From positions 930,001 through 994,000 of the forward strand of contig CM007992.1 in the NCBI GenBank assembly GCA_002189035.1: a DNA stretch of 64,000 bases, read 5' to 3'. A program made the translations under genes and the position numbers. Positions 41,605 to 54,242 of this stretch are shown here, piece after piece. Position 1 is the first letter of the stretch. The number at the start of each line of letters is the position of its first letter. This stretch comes from Utricularia gibba (Eukaryota; Plantae; Magnoliophyta). The notes under the pieces are model-generated. The model was not told the origin of the DNA. It was given only the letters and a program-made list of their open reading frames with translations, and searched no databases.

Positions 41605-44600
41605 CTTGAAATCAAAGTAAAAAATTTAGGTGATTTTTTTATTTAATATAATTAGGAAGACCTGCCTTCAAAAATGAAGTCGTAAAGATAATGATAGTTG
41701 TGAGAATAAAAGTCAAAAGGAAGGGTAGGCGACAACTGCGGCGCGGTCGACGTGATGGAAACCCGAGTCAACTAATTTGACGGTGCGGATTATCCGCAAC
41801 TTTTTTTTCTTTTTTTTTTTTTCCAAACAACCACTACCGTAAATGGATCAGCGTAATTTGAAAGCAACTGAAGCGCATTATATTTTTAAAATATTATAAT
41901 TAAATTCGATATTTTTGGGACATTTTCGAAGGGCACGCTATTATAAATAACCTAAATTATAAATAATTTATTCTAAAAACATGCATTAACAAAATATTAT
42001 TTTAAATATATATATATCAAAACTGTGTCAAAATTTTTTTTAATTATAATCACATAACACATGCTTATGTAAATACAAATAAACTATCTTATCAAACGCA
42101 CCCTGAATATTTCTAATAGCATTGGATCACTAATTGAATTATGTGAGTGTCTAGTGAAAATTGATCCGTTTATTAATCATTCTTCTAATCTCTATCATTA
42201 CTACTAATCTTTTTTTTTGTTACTGACCCAACAAAAATCAGTTGATAGTAGCATAGGGAAGATAGTTGGTCATTTACAAAAGTGGCTACGTTCCCATTCT
42301 CTCACACATTTAAGCAAAAATTTTCAATTGAAGTTTGTCATTTTTTTTATACAATTCATCAAGGATGATCAAAATTATAATGAGAAAATTACAAAAATAA
42401 TACTTCAAGTTTCAGTCGGTATAAAAAGTCTAATTCCCAATTTTTAAAATTAAAAAAAACAATTCAAACAATTTTTAAAAACATATAATACACCAAGAAG
42501 ATAGTAGCATGCCATTTATTATATACCCAAGACTGATGGCATTCCTTTCTACCGGAATGAGGTTGGAAGAGGGTCATTTACAAATGTATTCATGTTTCTA
42601 TTTTCTCTCACATAATCAAATAAGATAATTTAAAGTGTTTATTTTTTCTTACATAGTGAAACAGAAATGACCACATTTCTAATAGATCCGGATGTATGAA
42701 TGCACATGCCTTAGTCAAGATTTAGAAATTTGACCACCTTTTTATAAATATTTTGTGGAATATTTTTTTTATTTTAATATATGAAAATAACTCTATTTAT
42801 AGATGACCCAAGAGATACAGACTCTTGTGCGCATGCCCTAACCATGAAGCCACCCGGCGAAAAGAGTAGGAGGTGCCCTAGCTAGCCTACCCTATTTATT
42901 ACACGCTAGCACAGCTCTCCTCCATTTAAAATTATTGTATTCCTATTAAAATATGAATAATTTGACCTCCCTACAGTTGACACCTCTCTCCCAATTTTAA
43001 AAATGACCAAAAAAAAATATCAATATTCAGAATTATCAATTTTTTTTACATATGGTGATAAAGATGGTTAATTTTTAAAATCAATGCACTATTTTTTTAA
43101 TTAAAACAGCTTAAATTTTGATGGTTTTGAACTCAACAAACTTTGACCAAAGTCGTTCAGGGCTTCCACATTTATAAAAAAGTTAATGAATATTAATTTA
43201 ATTTATAATATATTTGAAATATTGGTATTTATATAAAAATTATCATTTAATTAAAATTCAAACTCTATTTAAAACATATGTTTTGCAAAAACAAACATAG
43301 TTGACTCTATTATACAAGTGTTATAAATCACGTGTGCATTAGAAAATATGTGTACCAGAGAAACGCAATTTCAACATCATATGCGTGTTTTAGAGAATAA
43401 ACAAAAATACCAAATGTGATTTTTATTAATATCTTGACCTTTTTAGATTGTTATTATACCTAAAAAACTAGGCTCTCAAGGCCTTGAAGAAAATGCAAGT
43501 GTTTGCTCTCTTTTGTTTTCATAGAAAAATGCATCAAGGCCTCATAGCCTACCACTGCACACAAATGAACATTTACCATATTGCCCCTCAATCATCCATT
43601 GGACTATGGTGTAACTTTTGGATACTATAACAAGGTTGGTGTTTAATAATACTTTGAAAATATTGAAGATAAGATGATGGGGCTGTTGAATAAAGTGGAA
43701 AATAGGGAATGTAAGACCACTGACTTGTGGAAAGGTTTGGTGACAAATGTTGGAAGAAAATGAATGGAATCAAGCATGGTTGAAATTACACACAAGTACC
43801 TTTTCACAAGGATGGATGAGAAAAGTATAAGCATATAGTTGTTGTTATAATATAAAATGACGGATTTGTCCTTGTTTGTTTTCATCATTTTGTTATGGAT
43901 AATAATTCATTGTTGCATGTTCATAAGTCATGCTAAACAAAATTGTAATGAGACAACAAAGTTGTAACTTTGGGTTTATGTTAGTATTGCATTATTTGAG
44001 AATGGATAATGTATGGATATATATGTTGTGATAGTGTATACATCAATCTTTAGATGAAAATTTGCATAATGTTTTGAATATGGGTTCAATCCATTCATTG
44101 ATTTACTCATGATTTTCGGTATTGAAGTTAAATTATTTTAAAAATATTATGAAAATAAAAAATATTAAAATTGAATATTTCTGAATTTAATATATTATTA
44201 TAAAAGTTAATGAATCGTATTTAATATATTATAAGGACCCAACTCTGATTGGGCCTGATGAAGAGTCCAGATTAGCCCATCCTGGAAGGAAGAAAGAAGC
44301 GTGTGCAGCACAGCACGGCAGCAGGAGCCCTAACCAGGAGCTCGGAAACGATTGGAGGCGCGGAGGATCGTCACTGAGAATTTGGACGGAATGCGGAGAG
44401 GCCAACCGGGAACAGGAACAACCCAGTCGTGACTTGCGACTGGAGAGCGGCAGTAATAGAATCGTAGGGAGATGTACTGGCATGTCTGAATGACTTCTTC
44501 AAGGTTTCCTTTTTTCTTTTTTTTGCTGAACAGGTTTTCCTCTCATTTTTTCAGATTGATTTTTCTTTTTGAGAATCTTTTGCTATCTTGTTTTTTTGGG

Positions 44601-45480
44601 ATGTTTTGCATTGATGACATGCGTTCAAAATGAGCCCTGATCATTGTTCTTTTGACTATCTTTTAGTTTATCGTTGCAGTATCCAGAAATTCTTGGGCTA
44701 TCATTCATTGGAAGTCACATTACTGTCTCTTGTGATCCTTGGTGTGAAATCAGAATTTAATCATCGTTAAAAGGTAAAGCATCCAGTTTTTTGTTATGGT
44801 ATCTTGCTCGACTGGAGATAGATTACATTTTTGCTGCGCCGTTGTATCTCTTAGGGTTGTATATTAACGGATTAATAATCGTGGTTTCTCAACTTGCGCA
44901 ATTCTAGTATTTTAACCGAATCCCTCCGTGTTTTTATAGATCTTTTCCCCGTATCTCTTGTGCGTTTTCTGTATGATAAATCTCTAACGAGCTTGATAAG
45001 AACATTTTGCGCTGAATTATCGCCGATAAAGGATTTGGACGGTTTTGTAACTTTTGGTTTCTAAGATTTAGTTGGGGGTTTAGTCACTTTTGGTTCTGGA
45101 TCGCGACGTCTGGGTTTTGATATTTTAGCCTTTTTTCCTGGAAGGGATTCTGAGTGTTGTGTGATATGGGGATGTTGAGTAATCTGTATGTTTCAGAAGC
45201 GGTCGGTCGGTTATAAAACACATTCTTGTAATGGAAGTACAACATTTAATTTTTCGTGGTCACTTACCCTGAGGTCTTTATGTTGGGTTTCTCTGTTATG
45301 CAATCTGTTTCTGACATGGGTTTCTTACATCTCATATGTGGTACCGTATACTCTTGTTAGAGATCATACCATTTTCAATACCTGAGCCAGTTTCTATTTG
45401 CTTTGTCCTATTCTAGAGTGATCATATTTTTAATTTATTGGAGCATAGACGTTTGGTTTGACTTTCGCAATAAAATCAGT

Positions 45481-46985
45481 ATGGATGGCCAGAGAAGGGC
45501 TCTCGAGGCTTTAGAGAGAAGGTGTGCAGAGACAAGGGCAGAGCTTCAGACAGCAGAATTGAAGAAACATAAAAGAAAAGTTGAATATACGGAAGGAAAT
45601 GTGAAAAAAGTTAGACGCTCTTCTGAAGACCAAACGGCCACAAAAGACCCTGGTACTTCATCTGTTAAAGGTGATATGAAATGCTAATGTAATTTGCATT
45701 TGTTTCTGCCCTCAATATTCTTTTGATGTCAATTTTTTATGTATCCATATGGTTTTAATTCCATCTGTTCCTTTTTTCACTTTAACAGGCCATGTCTCTT
45801 TCGTTGGATACACATCTGGGAAAGGTAGAATTTATCATCCTGGTTGTTTGTTTCTAGAACTTTTTTTTATTATTATCGTCTAAATATCAAAATCTGCTTC
45901 GGGCATAGAACTTATGGGACCTGAATACTCGACCCTCTCTCATCCAGTAAGCGCACAATTGCTACCATCCGGCGCTGAGGTATTTTCTTCGCTGAAGCTC
46001 CAAATTTTTCCATCTATCAACTGAGAAGCGTAACTTGATTTTTGCTGCATGAAGTAGGTGATCAATCGAAAAGTTGCAGTTATTGGTGTCTTAGACAACT
46101 TACTCCAACATGGCGATTCAGCCCAGAAGTACTCGCAGGGGTCCAAAAGTATGAAAATTGAGAATACAATCCTCCTGGATAATTATGTTCCTAAGACCTC
46201 AATATTTGGGGACCGCAGTCTTCGCTCACATCAGGATTCATCAAAGCGCTCAAACAAGCATTTGTCTCTGAAGAAGCATAAGAAACTTGGATCGTTTGAT
46301 CTACCCCGAGAATTCCACAAGCAAGTCTCTCAATGCATCGTTTCAGAGCATTTTCTTGCTTTATGGCCTAACACCCCTACATTTTCAGCTTTGAGTTGTT
46401 CCAGCCCATGCACGAGAAATGGCAATCATATACTAAGCAGCTTCTCAAAATGTTTGGGTTAGTTTCAATCCTCTTTTCCCCCCTTTATTCAGTGGTCCAT
46501 TTTGCACGTCTTAGTCGTCTTCCATCTTCCAGGAAGGACCAGCTGCCTCAGTGTTTTCTCAACGCTGATTTGCATGGTGCGATCATGCAAGGTACGGCAC
46601 CTCACTGTTACGAAATCCATTACTGCTTTACGCATTATGAATCAGATCTGACAAATGCTACCCTTTCGCCATTTCGCTTCGTTGTTCAGTCATTAGCTGT
46701 AAGATACCAGCATACGTTGGTGTGGAGGGGATCATGATACGTGAAACGAAAGAAACGTTCGGAATCATCACCCGAGAAAACAAATTTAGAGGTGAATGCA
46801 TATCACTGTGATTATGTCTGTGAAGCGTATGTCGCAGCATGAAGCTTATTTCTGCAACTCATGGTCATTGATTGATTGATATTGCAGTTGTTCCTAAGAA
46901 GCTCTCCGTGTTCTCGCTCCAAGCCGGCCGTTGGAAGGTTACGCTGTTGGGTGATAACCTGGCAGCCCGCAACGATGTGGCGTAA
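45481..46985 (+). CDS. POP4: RNase P/MRP subunit p29 (POP4/Rpp29)
   Basis: RRALEALERR N-terminus; ILLDNYVP; FQPMHEKWQSY; QCFLNADLHGAI; GIMIRETKETFGIIT; VVPKKLSVF. About 1.2 kb leader with intron(s). Confidence 0.9.
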
Positions 46986-47490
46986 GCCGTTTCTTCCAAG
47001 AACGTGTTCTTTTATTTTTTTAAATTTTACGATATATTTTGAATGCATGATTTTTTCTTTTTAATTTCATGCATATTTTGGTTGTTTTATTTATCTTTCT
47101 GAACATATAATTGTTTATTGTTTGTAAAATTATTCATGCACGTGTTTGCTAAGCATATTTTTTAATTTACGATTCTTTCAACTTTATTTTTAAAATTCTT
47201 CTTTTAGATTGTAAACTACATTGATGAAATTTATGTATGAAACATGTTTTTTCAATCATATATTATGTTGAGTAATTAAAATTGTTTTTTTATCTCTAAG
47301 GAGACGGTATCATGTAGGAAAATACGGGCGTCATAAAAAATTAAAATTTAAAATCATCCATTAATCCACGTCATCAATTTAATTGATTTGCCAACCTTTT
47401 GAAAATCAACACGCGCTGATTGTATTCTGAGGAACAAGAGAAAGAGTGAAGTGGATGGATAAACACAAAATGGCAGCTTCCTTGAGGAAA

Positions 47491-50400
47491 CTAGGAGCGC
47501 AAGTAACTGAGCAGCTCAGGGATGTCATGTGCGACCATGTCATCAACGGCCTGAACCATTTTCGGCTTCAGCTTCTCAAAATCATCGATGCTGTATTGGC
47601 TCAGAGTCTCCCTGAACTGCTCCAGCTCCGGGAAGTCACCGGGAGGGAGATGATACTCCTTCTGCACCTGCATAACACACCAGGTGTTGTTCCAATGAAG
47701 AAATAAATCAGTCCTAGAAGGCAGAGGGCAATATGTATGTTACCTTTTGAAACACGGTCTCGAGGTTCTCCATGAGCTTGCGTTGGGCTTTTGCTTTGCC
47801 CATTAGCGCTGGCATCTCCTTCTTGAGCTGGCTGATTATGTAGGCATGGATTTTGGCAGCTCTTGCGCGTTTCACAAACTCATTGATCTGCAGTTGGGAT
47901 TGGAGGTTTATTACTTCGAGTAGCTAGAAGAAGCAGAGCAATGGGAGTAACGAGGGGAAGGGATGCGAACCCGGCGGTCACAAGCTTTCTTTGGGATCTC
48001 CATCAAGTCATGCAGCAGATCATCTTGCTCCTTCTCAAAAAGTTCCCTTCCTATTGGTCCCGATGCTTCTTCGCTCACGGGCTTATCGTTGAATGACCTG
48101 GAAGATGAAGCACCATTAGTGCAAGAGAAAGTGGTTCTGGTGGAGATGAAGGTTTTACTTACCCGATGTAGACACGAGCTACCTCTGGAGTGTTGAGGAC
48201 TTTTCCAAGTGACCACATTAGTGCACCGTACACTCTCATCAACTGCAGAAACCAAAATGAAATACACGGTTCCTTTGATCAGTGAAAACGGATGGAAGAT
48301 TCGGAGTACTGATTTTACCTGTTGAGTATCGACTTGATCAGCTTTGTTAAGTACCACGCGTATCTTGTCTTCGTTACCACGCAATGATGAAATCACACGT
48401 TTGAACTCATCACTGATATCAAGCTTATGGGGATCGAATAAGAGGAGTACAAGATCACATTTTGCAGCAAACCATGAGATGACTCCAGTGAAGTCATAGC
48501 TTCTTTGTGTTCGTTGCTTTTCTCCTGATAAAACTCCGGGAGTGTCCACAAAGGAAATTTGATCAAGGAGCTGCATATATGAGGCGTTTCATCACATCTT
48601 CTATAGGATATAATGTTTTGGAAGTGTAGTTAGACACAACTTACACGATGTGGCATTTGAGAACATTCAAACTTGGATAAAAAGGATCCACCAAATGTTG
48701 TCAAGCCGGTAAACGGCAAATTTGCCTGAACCGCAATTGTATTTCCAGGCACACTCCTCTCATCGGGCCCAGACTGCAATGGGTAACAAATAAAATTAGG
48801 AAATCAAAAGCATGATGAAATGGATAGGGAAAAGACTAAAGGTTCTCTCACCATGACAACGATAAACCTATCTGTTGTAGGCTCAGGGCCAATATGAGCT
48901 CCTGCAGAAAGGAAAGCGTTCCACTATTGATGCATATTCACAAATCATATATGATGTAGGTAACAATAGCCAACCTGGATAGCTGCTCTGGAGTAAATGT
49001 TTAATAAAAGTGGTTTTCCCAGTTGAGTACTGGCCCAGAAGCATCACCATGGGTTTGGCATCAAAATCACTTGTAGTCTGATTGTAAAACAGAACGGATA
49101 CTAAATTTGTAATCATGTATGCGAAGTAAATGATATAGATGAGAAAACTTCATAATACTCACAAGAAAGGGTAATGCAAAATCATTGAAACGATATGTAG
49201 CCTCAAGAGGCTTTAGCTTTTCATTATAAAGCATCTTTAGGCCATCAATGACTGATGTAACAGCGCTAAACGAAGTATGGCTCTGTAAACATCAACAATA
49301 TTTATCAGCTAAAAAGCTTATATCACAATGCACCAATGCTTGTAAACAGCAATAAAGCTTGCGATTTTAGGCTGATTAACAATGAGTCAAAAATGCTTCG
49401 AAGCAACAGGTGCATATCACCTTTTTAGACTTTTTACTGAATAAACTTTTGATAAGTGGTCGCGTATCTGCACTTTTACCTGCATTATAGTTCATGCGAG
49501 CCTTGTTTGACAAGTCTACATATAAAAATACACGATGATGAAAAAAAAAAGTATGCTCTTACCATATGTCTCAAGATTGTCATTCCCTATTGGGACCAAC
49601 GGAGCTCTGCTATTCTGTTCAGATATGGAAAAATGAAATTCATGGAACATGGTCTTATGGAAAAGGTTTCCATCACATACCTTCATCAAGTCATCCAGAC
49701 CATCCATACGTGGTGGGGCTGCTTTTTCCAGGATGACTACATGTTCCAAATAGAGTTATTGAGCATGAAGAATGGTATACAGGTAGTAGTTTATCTCATC
49801 CAGGTACAGATTCATTTCATCCACAATTACATTCTTGAACTCTTATCAAATTCAAAACTTGATTGAACAACCAAAGTAACAATAGAGAAATGCATAGCTT
49901 TTTTTGTTGACTACCTGAGTCTCTCAGACCAGATGCAATCACATGGCCCTCTTGTGCCAGAGAGATGAGCTGAGAATTACCAAATAACAGAAGGTTAGTT
50001 CCCAAATTAAAACAATAAGGATTCATCCATTACTTAATCTACAAACCTGCATTGCAGTTACAAACTCTTGAAAACCTAAGAACCCTTGTCTTTTGCAGTC
50101 AGCAATGGCCCACACCTTACATGTTCAACGATACGAATATGAAAATAATCGAAAAACAGACAATCAAAAAACAAGTAAAAAAAAAAATCTAGCACAACGT
50201 AAGAATCAGCAGAAGAAACTGATACATGGAAATCCAAAACCGAAATGTTCTAAAAAAAGTAAAATACAGTACATAAAGTAATCACGATTTTAACATTAAC
50301 AAGAAAATGCGAAAAAAAAAACAAAAAGAGTGAATAAAAATTCAAATTCTTCAGCATCAAGACCTGCTTCAGTTCCTCCTTCGATAAACCAGACAAGGCG

Positions 50401-50610
50401 AAAAATTCGATCACCGCGTTCGCAGTCAAACGTCCATCACGATCTACAAACATCAATCACAAAAACAAAAAATCCAAAACCTCTTGAGCTTCGTAGAGAC
50501 GAAATCCAAAAAACAAGCTACACAAAGAAGATAATCCAACCAGAATCGGCGAAAGAGAACCAATTCTGATAGAGTTTCAGACGCTCCTTGTTACGCACAG
50601 TAGACTCCAT
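47491..50610 (-). CDS. EHD1: EH-domain-containing protein (N-terminal EH domain + dynamin-like G domain)
   Basis: [100 protein letters not shown]. Confidence 0.95.
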
Positions 50611-51874
50611 TTGAAAAATTTGTTGCTGTTGCGGAGGAGGGAAGATGAAGAAGACCAACCTCTATATAGACTTTTTTAAATTTCAAAAATCAGAATTTTT
50701 TATTTCGATATAAGATTTACAAAATTAATTTTCTACGAAATTTCACATTTTTTTATTTTAAAAAAGACCATATAATTTGAAAAGCTCATGGGAATGGATT
50801 ACTATGATTCACTTTAATTATTATTTTTTGTATGTTATTCATTTATTGCATTTTTTTATATTTTTTTGTTATTTTTATCATATTTAATTTAATTTTTGAA
50901 TATTTATTAATAAATACATTCCGTGATATAAAATAATGTATTAATGAATTATTCAGGTGGTTTTCGAAGTCTAAGTCTAATTTTACATAAATCAAATTCT
51001 AAATTTTAAAAATCGAGATGAGATTAATACAAAAATTCACTCGAAATTAAAAATAATATTAATAAAATGACGCATGAATTATACTGACATAATATATTTG
51101 AATTATTTGTATTTACATAAATATATATTACAGAGATATAATTCAAAACTGATTTAATATATGAATATTAAAATATACTTTCTTTGGGTTATGTAATTGA
51201 AATAGGTGATATAAATTCACGTTAAAAAATGTTTTTAATAAAACAATATTATTAAATTACATAAATATTATATGTTAAATTTCTTAAATGGCAAGGGTGC
51301 AGCCAAGGAACGCCCATGGCGCTAGGAGTGGGTGCGCCATTTTTGTAAGCAGGCGGCAATCAGAGGTTCAGTTCAAGTGTCCAGGGTGCATGCTGGTGGG
51401 GCGCGTCACTTGCCTAAAGTTCCCAGGACTGCGCAGGAATGCGAATTTTGAATTTCCCGTTTGGGAGCGGGGGTCGAAACCAAGATTCCGATTCCAAATG
51501 AGCGCAAGTGAGGGAAGCTCCGGGTACTTGGGCGGCAGTGAGGTGGTGCGTGCGGCTTCGCCGATGGATGAGGAGAAGGCGCGCGTAACAGGGGCGTCCC
51601 AGGTCCTGGAGTACCAAGGAGACGTCAAAGCTCTGTGTTTTGGGGAAAATACGGTAGGGATTTTGCGCCATTCTCAATGCGTAGTCTTATGTTTGGTTGT
51701 AAAGTCTTTACGGGTGGAGCAACTTTTGCTGTGTTTCAAAATGATTGATTTAGCCAAGTCCTGTGATGGGAAATCTTTTGCACTCCGTATAAGCTTCATA
51801 CCGCCGATGCAGAGATTTGATTTGTTAATTTTGAGCTTGTCTTTTCAAATGTAACACTTGTCGCGTATGGAAAG

Positions 51875-53967
51875 GTGTCAAAAGATATTCAATGGTGGGA
51901 AGGCGCTAGAGAAACCCGTGTTCTGATTGCGCCAGGTATTTGTTGTCATTAGGATACATAACTAACACATCCTGTGACTTCAGTAACAATATTTTGTGGC
52001 TCATTTCTACAGATCCTTGTACTGTTAGGAAGCCTTCGGTGGGCAAATTTCTGTCACTTAGGCATCCCAAAACAGGTAAATTCACAAAGTTGCTTGCGTT
52101 AGTGGTTTTCAAGGCCACGGTTGAAGGGATAATTCTAGCAGTTTCTAGCGACTTATAATAAGAATTTTTTTGCAAATCAGATTACAAAATAAGTACAAGT
52201 AAACTGACTGTCTTGAACTGCTGCCCATCATGAGAAAATTACTTGGAGGACTTTAACGAGTGCTTCTCGTTGTTCTTGTCGGTGCTTACCAGATTCACAT
52301 TGGGGGTTCTATTACTTTTGATTGTTTGAATTTAAGAGTTTGGCACATAATATTCGTTACACAGGGAATGCTGTGCGTTACCTCTATAATGATGGAGTTC
52401 TTCAAGAACTGCACGTGTTTAAGCAATCTTATGGTTCATGGTTTCTTGGGGATTATACCTGTGAAGGTGAAGACTTGTGCTTTTTACTTTTTATGGATAC
52501 ATTGGTGGAAAAAAAAAACATCTGATCTTTTAGGTGGTTTGGTTTACAGATGGTTCCATGTATATGGCTACCCCTGTTGATCCAGTTTTCATTCTTTTGC
52601 CAATCTTTGAGGAGGCTCGAATGAAGGTTTGTTTTTAAAGTTGGTGAGCTACTGAAAAAAAAAGTGTTTCACAATTTTGCTTTCCTAATAGAATGGTGCT
52701 GGCTAACTTATCTTATTTGAAATGATTGTAGTCACTGCAAAACGTGAGGCTATGATCAAAGAATAAACTGCCAAATTAAAATTTATTTTATTTCACGTTA
52801 TTTTGTACTTTCTGCTGCCAAAAACTAAGGAATCTTCATGTGCTTTTAACACTTTTAAGCTGATCTTTTGTTGCTATTTTTTCAAACACATGCAGAAAGG
52901 AGATAATCCAGGGATCTTCAGAACACTTGACGATATCATTTTTGTTTCTGGCTATCCTGCCTACGAGTCACTCTTATCCATTGCAGAGACAGCCATGCAA
53001 GTTGTAAGTGATATGAAAGGTAGCGAGCTGAATGAAGTTACTTTCTGCAGCATATCATGCGAGATAAATCTTCGTTATGTGAATTTCTGTGTCTTTGAGC
53101 AGATATTGGCTCCAACAAGTTTTTTAGGCTTAACGATCTAAAGGTTTTAAAATGGCTGTGCTACAAGGTTAGTTTAATGGTCTGGAAGAGGGTAAACATA
53201 ATGCACATTTATGAATCATTTCGCCCCAGTAAAACATCTATTGCTCGTTTACATTTTCTCAAAGGTTAATCAACTGAAGCTGACTCTAAAAACACTGGAT
53301 AGCAACTACGCTGTTCAAGATGAGAAACAGACATGTATGTTGGTTTCAAATGATTTTTTTTCTTCTGTGTTTGGCCTTGATATGCATTAGTGAAGCATTC
53401 TGTACTTTCTTTCCTTTGCTCAGTACTTGATGCAGTGTGGATATTGGGGATTACTTGAAGGAAGAGCCTTGGATTAACATGTTGTGCGACAAGCTAAAGT
53501 ATTGCGCTTCTCCTAAGATTTATACCCTTTCTGATTTAATATGAAACAGAAGCATGCAATCTGCCTGCCTGTTACCATATGATTGCACTGGAAACTTGGC
53601 TACAACCCATTGACTGAATCTTTAGCAAGTTTTTCTGCTCCTTTTCATGTCTCCCTGGAGATTGATCACTTGCTGTCTCAGGGTAAACTTGTCAGAGATC
53701 AAAGTTGGGAAGAACATGGAGCTGCCATCAGATTCTACAGGGAATTCTGTATGGGTATGTGAACTTGAACTGCTCCTCCCACTACGTTGGATCGTTGAAA
53801 TGTGTTGGCATTTACTTGTTTCTTGTTCTCAGAGCCACCAGGAGAAAACTGGGGGTGACAAGAAGACCGCCAAGAGCTCCACCAGGCAAGTTAAGAAACC
53901 CAAAGTAGAGAAGGATTCACATAATATCAAAGACATGTTCTTCAGAGCCGCCAGGAAGAGAGGCTAA
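51875..53967 (+). CDS. RNASEH2B: Ribonuclease H2 subunit B; start uncertain (ATG 51867 with +1 base, or a spliced upstream exon from 51498)
   Basis: WWEGARETRVLIA, LSLRHPKTG, QSYGSWFLGDY, ATPVDPVFILLPIFEEARMK, C-terminal NIKDMFFRA (PIP-box-like). Needs +1 G at 53446-53449. Confidence 0.9.
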
Positions 53968-54242
53968 GATGTTCTCATTCTCACCTCTGTGCACTTGCGG
54001 ATTCCATTGTTGTATTCATGAATACAGACCGCATTAGGACTTTCTACCAAGTGAAACCTCCGGTTGGTAATTAGAGTGATCAAGAAAAACGAATAAAGAA
54101 AACATTCACAATTCTGTAGATATCAAAACATCAAAAATTTTGAAGTATTGGGATAAGAACATCAAGAAAATGTTTTAAACTCTCCTGGGCTGTTGAGGAG
54201 GGACTGGAGGAGCATCCCATCTCGGGGGAAGCACCAAGCGGT

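Larger units (their letters stand above)
39948..43439. promoter_or_regulatory. W-box (TTGACY) cluster upstream of the WRKY gene
   Basis: Eleven sites at 39948, 41107, 41489, 41711, 41766, 42713, 42730, 42962, 43143, 43301 and 43434. Confidence 0.6.

Noticed and set aside
44611-44640. TGATGA..CTGA as a box C/D snoRNA in the POP4 leader intron
   Set aside because: Boxes are too close together, with no terminal stem and no downstream D box.
51299-51310. CAGCCAAGGA, identical to the first 10 nt of miR169
   Set aside because: The rest of the mature sequence does not match and there is no hairpin.
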